From NCBI GenBank assembly GCA_030637655.1, contig DAOWGI010000045.1:1-38379 (forward strand): DNA of 38,379 nt, given 5' to 3'. Each line of letters opens with the position of its first letter. Within the stretch, counting starts at the first letter, position 1. The DNA is from a candidate division FCPU426 bacterium. GTDB taxonomy: Bacteria > Oederibacteriota > JAAXVQ01 > JAUVAV01. A program made the position numbers and the translations under genes. The notes beneath the pieces were generated by a model. It had not been told where the DNA came from. It made no database searches and saw only the letters and a list, made by a program, of their open reading frames with translations. Shown here one piece after another: positions 1 to 9,467 of this stretch.

Positions 1-42
1 AGATAATAGATATCTTGTTATTAAAAGGATGCTCCACGCGTT

Positions 43-136
43 GTCATCCCGGCAATCATTAAGCCGGGATCCAGTGACTTTAAAGCATTTAAAGATCAAA
101 GCCACTGGATTCCTGCTAAAAACATGCAGGAATGAC
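43..136. repeat. REP-like palindromic element, GTCATCCC...GGAATGAC family (copy A)
   Basis: Inverted ends gtcatcc/ggaatgac with nested hairpins (cccggc/gccggg, atccagtg/cactggat, cctgc/gcagg); related copies at 16745-16822 and 23103-23196. Confidence 0.8.
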
Positions 137-207
137 GATCTCAATAGAGAAGTACTTTCAGTTAAGGATGTTGCAATATGAGTTACAATTTGCACTGTTA
201 CAATTTG

Positions 208-270
208 CATGAGAAAATCATTGACTTAACAGTTAAAAGCGTGAAAATTGAGAAAGAGAAAAACAGGAGT
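208..270 (+). repeat. ~60-nt near-identical copy of 2892-2953 (contains TTGACT; followed by RBS and ATG)
   Basis: catgagaaaatcattgacttaacagttaaaagcgtgaaaattgagaaa vs catgagaaaattattgacttaacagttaaaagcgtggaaattgagaaa. Confidence 0.85.
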
Positions 271-277
271 GAAAAAC

Positions 278-922
278 ATGCCCGCGCCGCAAATTATCCT
301 GGATTTAGTTGATCGTTTTGAGCGCAATGTAGAGGCCTATACATCCGGCCATTACAATGAAACCCAACTCCGCCGGGAATTCCTGGATCCGTTCTTCAAG
401 GCCCTGGGCTGGGATGTGGCCAATGAGCAGGGGCATGCCGAAGCCTACAAGGACGTAATCCACGAAGACGCCATCAAGATAGGAGGAGCTACCAAGGCTC
501 CGGATTATTGTTTCCAAATAGGCGGCACGCGCAAGTTTTTCCTGGAAGCCAAAAAACCCTCGGTTAATCTCAAAGACGACACCAGCCCGGCCTTTCAACT
601 CCGGCGCTATGCCTGGTCTGCCAAGCTGTCGCTTTCCATATTGACGGATTTCGAAGAATTCGCAATCTATGACTGCCGGAGCAAGCCCAACCAGGGAGAT
701 AAACCGAGCATAGCCAGAATACATTATTTTACCTATAAGCAACACGCTGTGCATTGGGATGAAATTGTCGCGATTTTCTCCAAAGACGCGATATTCAAAG
801 GTTCTTTTGACAAATTCGCCGAGGGCAAGGGCAGGCGTGGAACAGCTGCGGTGGATCAAGCCTTTCTGGAGGATATTAGCGAGTGGCGCAAGGATATAGC
901 GCAAAATTTAGTGGGGTGTTAA
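278..922 (+). pseudogene. N-terminal HsdR_N-like PD-(D/E)xK endonuclease domain of a type IIG-like restriction-modification enzyme, 3'-truncated
   Basis: YNETQLRREFLDPFFKALGWDV, PDYCF...FLEAKKP, QLRRYAW, ILTDFEEFAIYD. Ends right after 'VDQAFLEDISEWRKDIAQN', where such enzymes normally continue into the methyltransferase. RBS aggag before ATG 278. Confidence 0.75.
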
Positions 923-923
923 A

Positions 924-1715
924 ATGGATTCCAAGGCAGAAAAAATAAAGAAATTAATTGAAGAAGGTAAGCGTGTTTTGGAAACAAAAAAAACTGGAAC
1001 AGATTGGGGTGGCAATAGTGAATATGTTGATAACGACATATTTGTGAAATGGAAAACCAATACTCTTGCCACTCTCGCTGAATTAAAAGAAAATTACAGT
1101 GATACTGAATATTATGAAAGTTTTAAATCGCAAATGAACATACGTAATGTGGTTGACACAAACCTGAGGATGACGAAAACTGGAATAAGTATATTAGAGG
1201 GATTATTTGAAAAATCATCTGAAGATATTTATCCTAGAGATACTAATAGTTTGAAAAAGGAATTTATAAAAAAAGTATTTATAGTTCATGGTCATGACGA
1301 AGAAATGAAGCAAGCAGTAGCGCGATATTTTGAAAAAGCTGGTTTTGAAGCAATTATCCTTCATGAAAAACCAAATTCAGGACGAACGATTATTGAAAAA
1401 ATTAATGATTATTCTGATGTTCCTTTTGCTGCTGTGATATTATCCCCTGATGATGTTGCGTATTCGGGAAAAGATAAAAAATATAGAGCTCGCCAAAATG
1501 TAATATTTGAGCTTGGGTTTTTCATTGGTAAATTAGGGAGAGAAAATGTTTTTCCCATATATAAAAACGATAGCAATATTGAATTGCCGTCTGATTACGA
1601 TGGCGTCATCTATATTCCGTATGACAAGTCTAGTAATGATTGGAAAGTTAAATTGTGCCAAGAACTTAAAGCATGCGATTGCGGTGTTGACATGGACAAA
1701 ATATTTTTAAATTGA
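924..1715 (+). CDS. TIR-like domain nucleotide-binding protein (CAP12/Pycsar-effector-type TIR)
   Basis: KKVFIVHGHD, IILHEKPNSGRTIIEK, LSPDD, RARQNVIFELGFFIGKLGR, ELPSD motifs. Confidence 0.85.
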   Translation: MDSKAEKIKKLIEEGKRVLETKKTGTDWGGNSEYVDNDIFVKWKTNTLATLAELKENYSDTEYYESFKSQMNIRNVVDTNLRMTKTGISILEGLFEKSSEDIYPRDTNSLKKEFIKKVFIVHGHDEEMKQAVARYFEKAGFEAIILHEKPNSGRTIIEKINDYSDVPFAAVILSPDDVAYSGKDKKYRARQNVIFELGFFIGKLGRENVFPIYKNDSNIELPSDYDGVIYIPYDKSSNDWKVKLCQELKACDCGVDMDKIFLN

Positions 1716-1755
1716 GTGTAATGTAATAATATCTGAAATTCAGGGAGAAAGAAGA

Positions 1756-2397
1756 ATGCCGTCAGCAAAGGATACTTTTGACCGTACAATGAAACGCGCT
1801 TTCACGCAGATCGAGTTGTACAAACGGCTTTCGAATGTTAAATTCAAGAAAGAGCCTAAAAAAATTCCGAAGAAAGACTTATCAGAACTTGTAAGAGCTG
1901 CTCTTGTTCTTGGGATTTCCGCTTTTGATGCTTATTTCACCAATAAGTTTGTTGAGAAACTCATCCCTTATCTGCGGAAGCATGGACCAACAGATGGGAT
2001 GGTTAAGATATTTGAACAGGCTGGTTTAGATACACGTACTGCCCTTGAACTGATCCCAAAGGACCGAAATGAAAGACCATACCGAAGGCTGCGTACACTT
2101 GTTGACCAGCATCTTGAACGCTATGTGACACAGAAATTTAAGGTTGTCGATGAGTTGTTCTGTGTCATGGGGCTGAAGAACCTTTCAAGGAATGCTGAAA
2201 AAAAAGCAGGTAGAAAGAAACTCCAACGTAGTATAGAGATTGCTGTGGACCGTCGTCACGCTGTAGTACATAATGGCGATCTCAATAGTCATGGCAATCT
2301 TTGTAACATCGATTACAGGGAAATAAAAAAACGATTTGATGAGGTAGTGTTATTTGTTGAGAAATGTGATGAGATAATTAATTCGCGCGTCACGTGA
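1756..2397 (+). CDS. HEPN-domain protein (putative RNase)
   Basis: N-terminal RAALVLGISAFDAYF helix and C-terminal RxxxxH motif RHAVVH. Confidence 0.7.
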   Translation: MPSAKDTFDRTMKRAFTQIELYKRLSNVKFKKEPKKIPKKDLSELVRAALVLGISAFDAYFTNKFVEKLIPYLRKHGPTDGMVKIFEQAGLDTRTALELIPKDRNERPYRRLRTLVDQHLERYVTQKFKVVDELFCVMGLKNLSRNAEKKAGRKKLQRSIEIAVDRRHAVVHNGDLNSHGNLCNIDYREIKKRFDEVVLFVEKCDEIINSRVT

Positions 2398-2570
2398 GTT
2401 TTTATTGTGTGATATGGGACACACATGGTTTTAGAAAGAGGCGTAAGACTGTTATCTAGGATGTTCATTTTCGCCAAGGTCTTTAATAAAGGTTTGTAAA
2501 AAGAACAAATTGTATTTCCAAGAAATGTTCAAAGGCAAAATCGACAATTAATTAACTGGGTGAGAATACC

Positions 2571-3299
2571 ATGAAAATCCTCATTGCCGAAGACAGACAA
2601 CCCCTCCAGGAAGCGATCCGCTTTTTGATGGATGATTGGGGTTATCAAGCGGATATTGTTGACAATGGCCTGGAGGCTGTGGGGAAGGCATTTGAGGAGA
2701 AATATGATCTTTGCCTGATGGATTTGAATATGCCAATTATGGACGGTTGGGAAGCGGCAAGGATTATTCGTAATAAAATAAGGTTTGTTCCTACTTTAGC
2801 GTTGACTGCCAATTCCCATTTTAGAGGGCAACAAAATTTGGATACTGAATTTGATGATTATATGGAAAAACCATATGATTATAGAGTATTACATGAGAAA
2901 ATTATTGACTTAACAGTTAAAAGCGTGGAAATTGAGAAAAGAAAAACCAGGATTGCAGTTACAAAGGAGATGCCGATGAATCCGGAACATTTAAAAGAAT
3001 TACGAGAACTGGATAAAAAAGGGTTAAGCATTCTTTATATGCGGGACAAAGGAACAAAATTTATTGTGCATAAAAATGTACAAAATAAGATCTCACATGA
3101 ATTTCTGAAGGAAGGCAATGAAATTGTGGGATTTATTGATCATTCAGAAGATGAACCAGGACTTTGTCATCTATACAAATACAATCTTAATACCAGTGTG
3201 AAATGTCTTCTGCCAGAAGTACTGAAAGAAAAGATCACGCAGGAAAATGAGGAAATGGAAAAATACGACAAGCCGATTTTTAAGAAAGAAACGGATTGA
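2571..3299 (+). CDS. Response regulator receiver domain fused to an unrecognised C-terminal domain
   Basis: ILIAED, DLCLMDLNMPIMDG, ALTA, DDYMEKP receiver motifs; C-terminal ~110 aa not recognised. Confidence 0.8.
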   Translation: MKILIAEDRQPLQEAIRFLMDDWGYQADIVDNGLEAVGKAFEEKYDLCLMDLNMPIMDGWEAARIIRNKIRFVPTLALTANSHFRGQQNLDTEFDDYMEKPYDYRVLHEKIIDLTVKSVEIEKRKTRIAVTKEMPMNPEHLKELRELDKKGLSILYMRDKGTKFIVHKNVQNKISHEFLKEGNEIVGFIDHSEDEPGLCHLYKYNLNTSVKCLLPEVLKEKITQENEEMEKYDKPIFKKETD

Positions 3300-3415
3300 T
3301 GTTCAATCTGAGAGGTGTCAACAACTAAAGGTATACGAATAGTGTATCCAGCGGGTTAAAGTTACGTGTTTATGGACTGAGTACAAAACAAAATCAGACC
3401 TGCCGGGTGGTTTGG

Positions 3416-3600
3416 TGATTGGTGCCGGAGTTCGAATGTTCGGATAAAAAAATGAAAGGAAAGGGTGAAAACTCTATCTAATTTGTTGGGGGACGGTGTC
3501 TTGCGCCAGGCAAAGTCTGGACAAAGGGAATGAGTAGGGGTTCAAAATTTTGAACCCCTACCTTGCATTGAAATCTAGCGGGCAACCGAACCCGGACCGG
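3416..3600 (+). repeat. Long intergenic repeat, copy 1
   Basis: tgattggtgccggagttcgaatgttcggataaaaaaatgaaagg...ggggacggtgtcttgcgccaggcaaagtctggac...gtaggggttcaaaattttgaacccctac(3534-3561)...ctagcgggcaacc. Confidence 0.95.
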
Positions 3601-3693
3601 CAAAGCAGGCCAGATATTGAGTTCCGAAATCACGAATGCGGCGAGGGGGCGGGGCCGACCGCGTTGAAATGAATTGAATGAGGTATTGGCAGC

Positions 3694-5046
3694 ATGAAAA
3701 AAGAAGAGTTGAAATTGTTGCGTGAAGAAGGCGAGGGGTATCTTGTCGAGTTTAAGGAAAAGACAGCCAATATTGATAAAGAAATGGTTGCCTTTGCTAA
3801 CGGGTCAGGCGGTAAAATTCTGTTGGGTATTTCTGATAATGGCAATATAAAAGGGATTAAGATAACCAACAAATTAAAATCCCAAATACAGGATATTGCC
3901 AATAATTGTGAACCAGCTATAAAAATTATGATGGAAGAATTTGATGACATTCTTGTTGTTCATGTGCGTTCCGGTGAAGATAAACCTTATAGCTGTTCGC
4001 AAGGATTTTATACCCGAATAGGGCCGAATGCGCAAAAAATGAAACGGAATCAGATTATAGAGTATTTTCAGTCCGAAGGAAAAGTGCGGTTTGATGAATT
4101 AATTAATCTCAGCTTTGATTATAAAAAGGATTTTGATAAGGACAAATTCGAAAAGTTCCTATCTATCGCCGGTATATCAAAGGTTTTAAAAACACCTGCT
4201 GTTTTATGCAATCTTGGGGTTGCTGAAAAACAGGAAGGCAAGACAATCTTTAATAATACCGGTATTCTATTTTTTGCGAAGAACCTAAATGCCTGCTATC
4301 TTCATACCACCGTTACCTGTGCTCTTTATAAAGGCGTCAGTAAAGCAAATGTCCTTGACCGCAAGGATTTTAATGAAGATATTGTAAGCAATGTTGATCA
4401 TGCAATGCTGTTTTTAAAACAACATATCCCTGTAAGATACGAGTTCGACGGTTCGCCGAAACGAAAAGAAATCGCCGAAGTTCCTTTTGGAGCCTTGCGC
4501 GAAGCGGTTATAAATGCTGTTGTGCATCGTGATTATTTTCAAAAAGGCGCCAATGTTATGGTAGAGATATTTGATGATCGCATAGAGATATCCAGTCCGG
4601 GCGGATTGGTAAAAGGATTGTTGGAAAAAGATTTTGGAAAAAAGAGTGTTTTGCGAAATGCCAATATTGCCAATCTTTTTCAGCGCATGGGATATATTGA
4701 AAAAATGGGCACAGGGATTATCAGGATGCGGGAGCTTATGGCAAAAGCTCATCTGCAAGCAATTGATTTTCAGTTCACATTATTTGTGACAGCAGTTTTT
4801 AAAAGAGAGTATAAGAAGATAAAAACCGCCCGAAAAACTTCGGTGAAAACTTCGGTGAAAACTTCGGTGAAAATAGTAGAGTTGCTTAATAAAGAATCAC
4901 ATATAACAATACCGGAAATGGCGGAAAAACTAAGAAAAAGTACCAGGGCCATTGAAATGGAAATTAACAAAGTAAAAAAAGCAGGATTTATTAAACGAAT
5001 CGGTCATGATAAAGGCGGGCATTGGAAAGTGAATAAAATAAAATAA
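3694..5046 (+). CDS. Schlafen/AlbA_2 + HATPase_c_4 + winged HTH protein (often annotated 'RecG-like/transcriptional regulator')
   Basis: GEGYLVEFKE, AFANGSGGKILLGISD, ALREAVINAVVHRDY, FDDRIEISSPGGL, LRNANIA, IEKMGTG, KRIGHDKGGHW. Confidence 0.88.
   Translation: MKKEELKLLREEGEGYLVEFKEKTANIDKEMVAFANGSGGKILLGISDNGNIKGIKITNKLKSQIQDIANNCEPAIKIMMEEFDDILVVHVRSGEDKPYSCSQGFYTRIGPNAQKMKRNQIIEYFQSEGKVRFDELINLSFDYKKDFDKDKFEKFLSIAGISKVLKTPAVLCNLGVAEKQEGKTIFNNTGILFFAKNLNACYLHTTVTCALYKGVSKANVLDRKDFNEDIVSNVDHAMLFLKQHIPVRYEFDGSPKRKEIAEVPFGALREAVINAVVHRDYFQKGANVMVEIFDDRIEISSPGGLVKGLLEKDFGKKSVLRNANIANLFQRMGYIEKMGTGIIRMRELMAKAHLQAIDFQFTLFVTAVFKREYKKIKTARKTSVKTSVKTSVKIVELLNKESHITIPEMAEKLRKSTRAIEMEINKVKKAGFIKRIGHDKGGHWKVNKIK
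4834..4873 (+). repeat. In-frame 12-nt tandem repeat (aaaacttcggtg)x3 encoding KTSV linker
   Basis: Three exact copies directly visible. Confidence 0.9.
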
Positions 5047-5081
5047 TCGGGGATGTGACTTTGGGGACGTAGGGGATTGGG

Positions 5082-5306
5082 GATTGATGCCGGAGTTCGA
5101 ATGTTCGGATAAAAAAATAAAAGGAAAAGGTGAAAACTCTGTCTAATTTGTTGGGGGACGGTGTCTTACGCCAGGCAAAGTCTGGACAAAGGGGATGAGT
5201 AGGGGTTCAAAATTTTGAACCCCTACCTTGTATTAAAACCTAGCGGGCAACCAATCCCGTCCGGAATCAGGGACGTAATGAAAGCGCCGGGATAAACCGG
5301 CATAGA
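5082..5306 (+). repeat. Long intergenic repeat, copy 2
   Basis: Near-identical to copy 1; palindrome at 5199-5226; extends to ccggaatcagggacgtaatgaaagcg...ggcataga. Confidence 0.95.
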
Positions 5307-5377
5307 GCAGGTGAAAATTGCCGGGGATTTCCTGATGATTTTAACCAAAAATATTACATATCGGGAGCCATCTGGTC

Positions 5378-5836
5378 ATGGGTATTACTGTCAAACTGGA
5401 TGACATCATAAATGGAATGGAATTTCAATCCGACGAATCCACCTCATATCTCAACACGAAAACAGGTGAGATGGCGACAATAGATAATCTGGAATTCAGC
5501 GCGGCTGAAAACAATGAGCCAATCGAAAATTTTTCTGAGTGGGAGCATGAAAACCTAAGAGTAGCGAAGGAAATATTGCAAACCGATGATTACATTTCCT
5601 TACCCTCAAAGTTTGACATTCACGAGTACGAGATCATGGAAAGATTCTGTCTATCCATAGCCGATGATGAGCTAAGGGATACTATCTCTAGAGCACTAAA
5701 GGGAAGCGGAGCTTTTCGAAGATTCAAAGACAATATTCACCAATACAATATTGCGGACGAGTGGTATAAGTACCGAGACGAGGCAATAAAACAAATTGCT
5801 ATCGACTGGTGCAAAGAGAATGACATATTGAATTGA
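5378..5836 (+). CDS. UPF0158 family protein
   Basis: YLNTKTGE, LPSKFDIHEYEIMERF, GSGAFRRFKD, WYKYRD, AIDWCKEN. Confidence 0.85.
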   Translation: MGITVKLDDIINGMEFQSDESTSYLNTKTGEMATIDNLEFSAAENNEPIENFSEWEHENLRVAKEILQTDDYISLPSKFDIHEYEIMERFCLSIADDELRDTISRALKGSGAFRRFKDNIHQYNIADEWYKYRDEAIKQIAIDWCKENDILN

Positions 5837-5993
5837 AATATAGGGGACGCGTGATGTGGTATTCCGACCGGGAATTCGGGATATAGATGAATTTGGACAG
5901 CAGTGATTAACAGAATCGGCTGTCTGGGATTGAGAAGGCGTAAGCGGCTATTAACAGCGCCATGACCAAGCAGCGGGCTTAGTGGAGTGAATA

Positions 5994-6458
5994 ATGAGTT
6001 TTAAAAAAGTTCGAATTCCTGCGCGCGACGGCATGCCTTCTTTATGCATTGTGTGTAAAGGGAGCTTGCACGCCAAGAGTGAATATTATTGCAGTCAGTC
6101 ATGTGTCGGAATTTACAGGCCCAACGCGGAAGAGACAAAACCTCAATTTTTATCGAAATGGAAACTAAGAAAAAAAAAGGCATTGCAGGATCCGCTGGCA
6201 TGTGCGCGTCATAAAACCAGAAAGAAGACGCGGGATTTATTAAAAAGAGGCGTCCTGAAAAAGAAACCCTGTATTGTCTGCGGCGACAGGGAAGTTATAG
6301 CGCATCATGAAGACTATAATAATCCGTATAAAATTATTTGGATATGTGATAAACACCACAAAGAGTATCATGAGGGCAAAAGAGCGTTGTTTAATAATAA
6401 GCTGAAATGGGATCCGAAAAGACTAACTATGATAAAATCAGCAAAGATATTCAGTTAA
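5994..6458 (+). CDS. Zinc-binding HNH-like protein
   Basis: CIVC...YCSQSC N-terminal Zn motif; PCIVCG...AHHEDY...WICDKHHKEYH resembles phage HNH-like proteins. Confidence 0.6.
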   Translation: MSFKKVRIPARDGMPSLCIVCKGSLHAKSEYYCSQSCVGIYRPNAEETKPQFLSKWKLRKKKALQDPLACARHKTRKKTRDLLKRGVLKKKPCIVCGDREVIAHHEDYNNPYKIIWICDKHHKEYHEGKRALFNNKLKWDPKRLTMIKSAKIFS

Positions 6459-6473
6459 TAAGAGAGGCCAAAC

Positions 6474-7508
6474 ATGAAAATTTCAAAAATTTTAACAAAA
6501 ACCCGGCAAGGCTTGTTAAAGGCCGCTGGAGCATTCGAGGCGGCGAAGCCGTGGGAAAAGATTTATGACAGCCAGATATTTGGAGTGGAAAATCCGCAGA
6601 CCAGGGAGATCGGCTGGTGCGTTATTATAGGGGAATTGGGAGAGGTTCGCGGCTTGAACGCCTATCGTGGCCCGGAAGGATTGAAAGCTTTGCAAATGAT
6701 GATGGAAGAAAACCTGGAAATATATAATGATGAATTTATGGCCGGACAAAATCTGCTCTCCGTGACTTACGTTAATAAAAGCGAATTGGACGCCCAAGAC
6801 TGGAAGTGGCTGGCTGATTGTCCGAATCCATGGCCCCGGGGACTTTATCCCCAATTTCGCAGTTTTCGGCCAGGCTATTATCCCTGGTATTTAGATCAGG
6901 ATGAATCCGATTGGATGACCCGGATCCTCGAACAGACCTTGAAATATTTTCCGGCTTTATTGGAATCAACAGAAGAAGTAAAAGATTTATTTTCATCCCA
7001 AGTTCCAGTATTAAGAAAAAGCGGGAAGCCGGAGGAAAACGCATGGACCATGGATTTTACACGGCCGGAAAAACCCGTTGACAAGGAAGAACCTTCGCTG
7101 GATTTAGACGAATTCACGGTCCACAAACTGGGAAAGATAAATTTGGCTTTAGAATCAACCTGGGAGTTGGATTATTTTTATACATGGGCAAGCATTCAAG
7201 ATGCGGATAAACCCTATCACATGCGCGTAGCTCTGGTGGCAGATCACGAAAACGGATTAATTTTGGGTCAGGAAGTAATTTCAGTAGGTCAAGACGCCGA
7301 CGCTTGTTTGCTAAAAAACCTCATCAATACGATACAAAGCCGGAAATGCCGGCCGGGGTTTGTTTTGGTAAAAAGGCGGGAAACGTTAAACCGTTTGAAT
7401 GTCTTGTTGGATTCCATTGGTATACGGCTGGAATTACGGAATCAGCTGCCTGCGGTTAAAGAAGCGCAAGAGTCTTTAAACAGTGCTATGGCCGGGGCTC
7501 CGGCGTAA
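6474..7508 (+). CDS. Conserved hypothetical protein (DUF7309/DUF6930-like)
   Basis: Long ORF with RBS; motifs KPWEKIYDSQIFGVENP, GEVRGLNAYRG, PQFRSFRPGYYPW. Confidence 0.65.
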   Translation: MKISKILTKTRQGLLKAAGAFEAAKPWEKIYDSQIFGVENPQTREIGWCVIIGELGEVRGLNAYRGPEGLKALQMMMEENLEIYNDEFMAGQNLLSVTYVNKSELDAQDWKWLADCPNPWPRGLYPQFRSFRPGYYPWYLDQDESDWMTRILEQTLKYFPALLESTEEVKDLFSSQVPVLRKSGKPEENAWTMDFTRPEKPVDKEEPSLDLDEFTVHKLGKINLALESTWELDYFYTWASIQDADKPYHMRVALVADHENGLILGQEVISVGQDADACLLKNLINTIQSRKCRPGFVLVKRRETLNRLNVLLDSIGIRLELRNQLPAVKEAQESLNSAMAGAPA

Positions 7509-7553
7509 TTTGATTTAACCTAATAGGTTGCCTTATCCTGATTGTGGCGGTAA

Positions 7554-7579
7554 AAGGTGCCAGGCACGAATAAGAGTCA
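7554..7579 (+). repeat. 26-nt direct repeat aaggtgccaggcacgaataagagtca (identical at 9935-9960); core ggtgccaggcac also at 7728, variant at 10872
   Basis: Direct comparison; core gtgcc-a-ggcac is palindromic. Confidence 0.85.
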
Positions 7580-7625
7580 GGAAAATCAAATTCATTCAAG
7601 AAAGCATAAAATAAAAATTAAGTCA

Positions 7626-7692
7626 GTGATTGGTGCCGGAGTTCGAATGTTCGGATAAAAAAATGAAAGGAAAAGGCAGTCTTCCTGTCTAA
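7626..7692 (+). repeat. Long intergenic repeat, copy 3 (5' part only)
   Basis: gtgattggtgccggagttcgaatgttcggataaaaaaatgaaaggaaaagg, then diverges. Confidence 0.9.
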
Positions 7693-7972
7693 ACTAATAA
7701 CACCACTAAAAGGAGGAAGAGGTTACTGGTGCCAGGCACTTTACCTTTACTAATCTCTGGATAAGCGTTAGCGTATATGCTATAAATAATAAACGTCTCC
7801 ATTTCTACCCAAGCTGCTGGAAAATGTCATACTCGGACGGCCCTGCTGGCCGGCTTCAATCTTGAAAATATTATGAAAACACCTACCGGTCGTATGGCTG
7901 CCAGACAAGCAACTGCGGGCATGGATAATAATCCATGCAGACCGTATGAGTATTAATATTCATAAGGGTGAT

Positions 7973-8716
7973 ATGACCAGTATCTCCATCCACTTCTATG
8001 GTAATCTAAACGACTTCCTGCCAGCTGTGCGCAGGCGCAAACAGATTGTCACTCAAGTAAACGGCCAGCCGGCTGTCAAGGACACTATAGAAGCCCTGGG
8101 CGTGCCTCATACTGAGGTGGATGTCATCCTGGTAAACAACCAGTCCGTTGATTTCACCTACCAACTGCATTCAAAGGATAAGGTAAAAGTCTATCCAAAG
8201 AGAATCGAGCTGCCAGCCAGTCAGCATAAACATCTTTACCCTAAAATCCCCCGCTTTCCAAAGTTTGTACTAGACTGTCATTTAGGAAAACTTGCTCGCT
8301 ATTTACGCTTGCTGGGTTTTGATACGGTTTACAAAAAACATTTCCCAGATGAGAATGTGGTCGAAATTGGCGTTCAGGAAAAGCGCATTATCCTGACCCG
8401 TGACCGGGGCATATTAAAGCACAAAACAGTCAAACTCGGCTACTGCCTGAGGTCTACAGTATCTTTAAGCCAAGTTCAGGAAATCATGGATCATTATAAT
8501 CTCCGCACCCGCATCCGTCCCTTCTGCAGATGCCTGGAATGCAACGGTCGTGTCCTAAGAGTTGCCAAGAAAACAATCGAAGCCCAATTACCTCCGAAAA
8601 CCAAGGAATATTATCAAAACTTCTATCAATGCAGAGATTGTAAACGAATTTACTGGCAGGGTTCGCATTATGGGAAACTTTTAAAGCTGGTAAATCGATT
8701 TAAGAAAAATAAATGA
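7973..8716 (+). CDS. Mut7-C RNase with N-terminal ubiquitin-like domain (PIN + Zn ribbon)
   Basis: VKDTIEALGVPHTEVDVILVN, FVLDCHLGKLARYLRLLGFD, ILTRD, RCLECNG, CRDCKRIYWQGSHY; ATG 7973 chosen by RBS (ORF open from 7946). Confidence 0.9.
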   Translation: MTSISIHFYGNLNDFLPAVRRRKQIVTQVNGQPAVKDTIEALGVPHTEVDVILVNNQSVDFTYQLHSKDKVKVYPKRIELPASQHKHLYPKIPRFPKFVLDCHLGKLARYLRLLGFDTVYKKHFPDENVVEIGVQEKRIILTRDRGILKHKTVKLGYCLRSTVSLSQVQEIMDHYNLRTRIRPFCRCLECNGRVLRVAKKTIEAQLPPKTKEYYQNFYQCRDCKRIYWQGSHYGKLLKLVNRFKKNK

Positions 8717-8917
8717 TTGGTGCCGGAGTTCGAATGTTCGGATAAAAAAATGAAAGGAAAAGGTGAAAACTCTGTCTAATTTGTTGGGGGACGGAGTCTT
8801 GCGCCAGGCAAAATCTGGACAAAGGGAATGAGTAGGGGTTCAAAATTTTGAACCCCTACCTTGTATTGAAACCTAGCGGGCAACCAATGCCGTCCGGAAT
8901 CAGGGAGGTAGTGAAAG
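8714..8917 (+). repeat. Long intergenic repeat, copy 4
   Basis: Starts at the Mut7-C TGA stop codon; palindrome at 8832-8859. Confidence 0.95.
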
Positions 8918-9098
8918 TAGCAGGGGACGTGTTTGATTTAAGAACTTTAGCTTTAAAAACCGTACGTTCATGAGATTGAGAACGTGAGAGAGAACGGAGT
9001 TTACTTAGCAACTTAAGGAAATAATTACAAAAAATGGAATGAAAAAGACGGAGACTGTAACGGCCACCGAGACACTTGTCCCCGAGAAAAAAGTCCGC

Positions 9099-9461
9099 TT
9101 AAGGAAAGAAATTCAAATCAAATTTTGTAGAAACAAAGTTTAACTTTTTATCAAGACTCCAGACCGGACTGTTGCTTAACCGGGCAGAAGCTAAAAGATG
9201 CATATCAATAAAACCAAGGCCTAATCCCATTAAATTATTCATTTCAATGAATTGAAGCACCTCGGCGTTTTCCGCTACAGCAGCCTGGGGGATTGCTTGC
9301 AACAAGGAAATAATTTCTTTGCGGTTTTTTATTGTGCCGCAGGACAGCTCGCCGATGATCAGGGGATGGCAAAGCACCTCGCCGTGATAAAGTAAAGTTT
9401 TTAGGGAAAAATTATCAGCGCGAAGATGAGACACCCATACGGAAGTATCAACCAATACCAT
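9099..9461 (-). CDS. vapC: VapC PIN-domain toxin
   Basis: MVLVDTSVW, HPLIIGELSCG, GFIDMHLLASA, WSLDKKL. Confidence 0.9.
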   Translation of the reverse strand: MVLVDTSVWVSHLRADNFSLKTLLYHGEVLCHPLIIGELSCGTIKNRKEIISLLQAIPQAAVAENAEVLQFIEMNNLMGLGLGFIDMHLLASARLSNSPVWSLDKKLNFVSTKFDLNFFP

Positions 9462-9467
9462 GCTTGG

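Noticed and set aside
182-209. Tandem gttacaatttgca x2 as an operator
   Set aside because: Real 13-nt duplication, but no evidence for function
305-904. 199-aa minus-strand ORF (and similar antisense ORFs such as 14719-15300 and 20541-21188)
   Set aside because: Antisense to well-supported genes, with no recognisable motifs
3425-3443. tRNA fragment (GTTCGAAT T-loop-like in the repeat)
   Set aside because: Only a short hairpin; no canonical T-stem, acceptor stem or CCA
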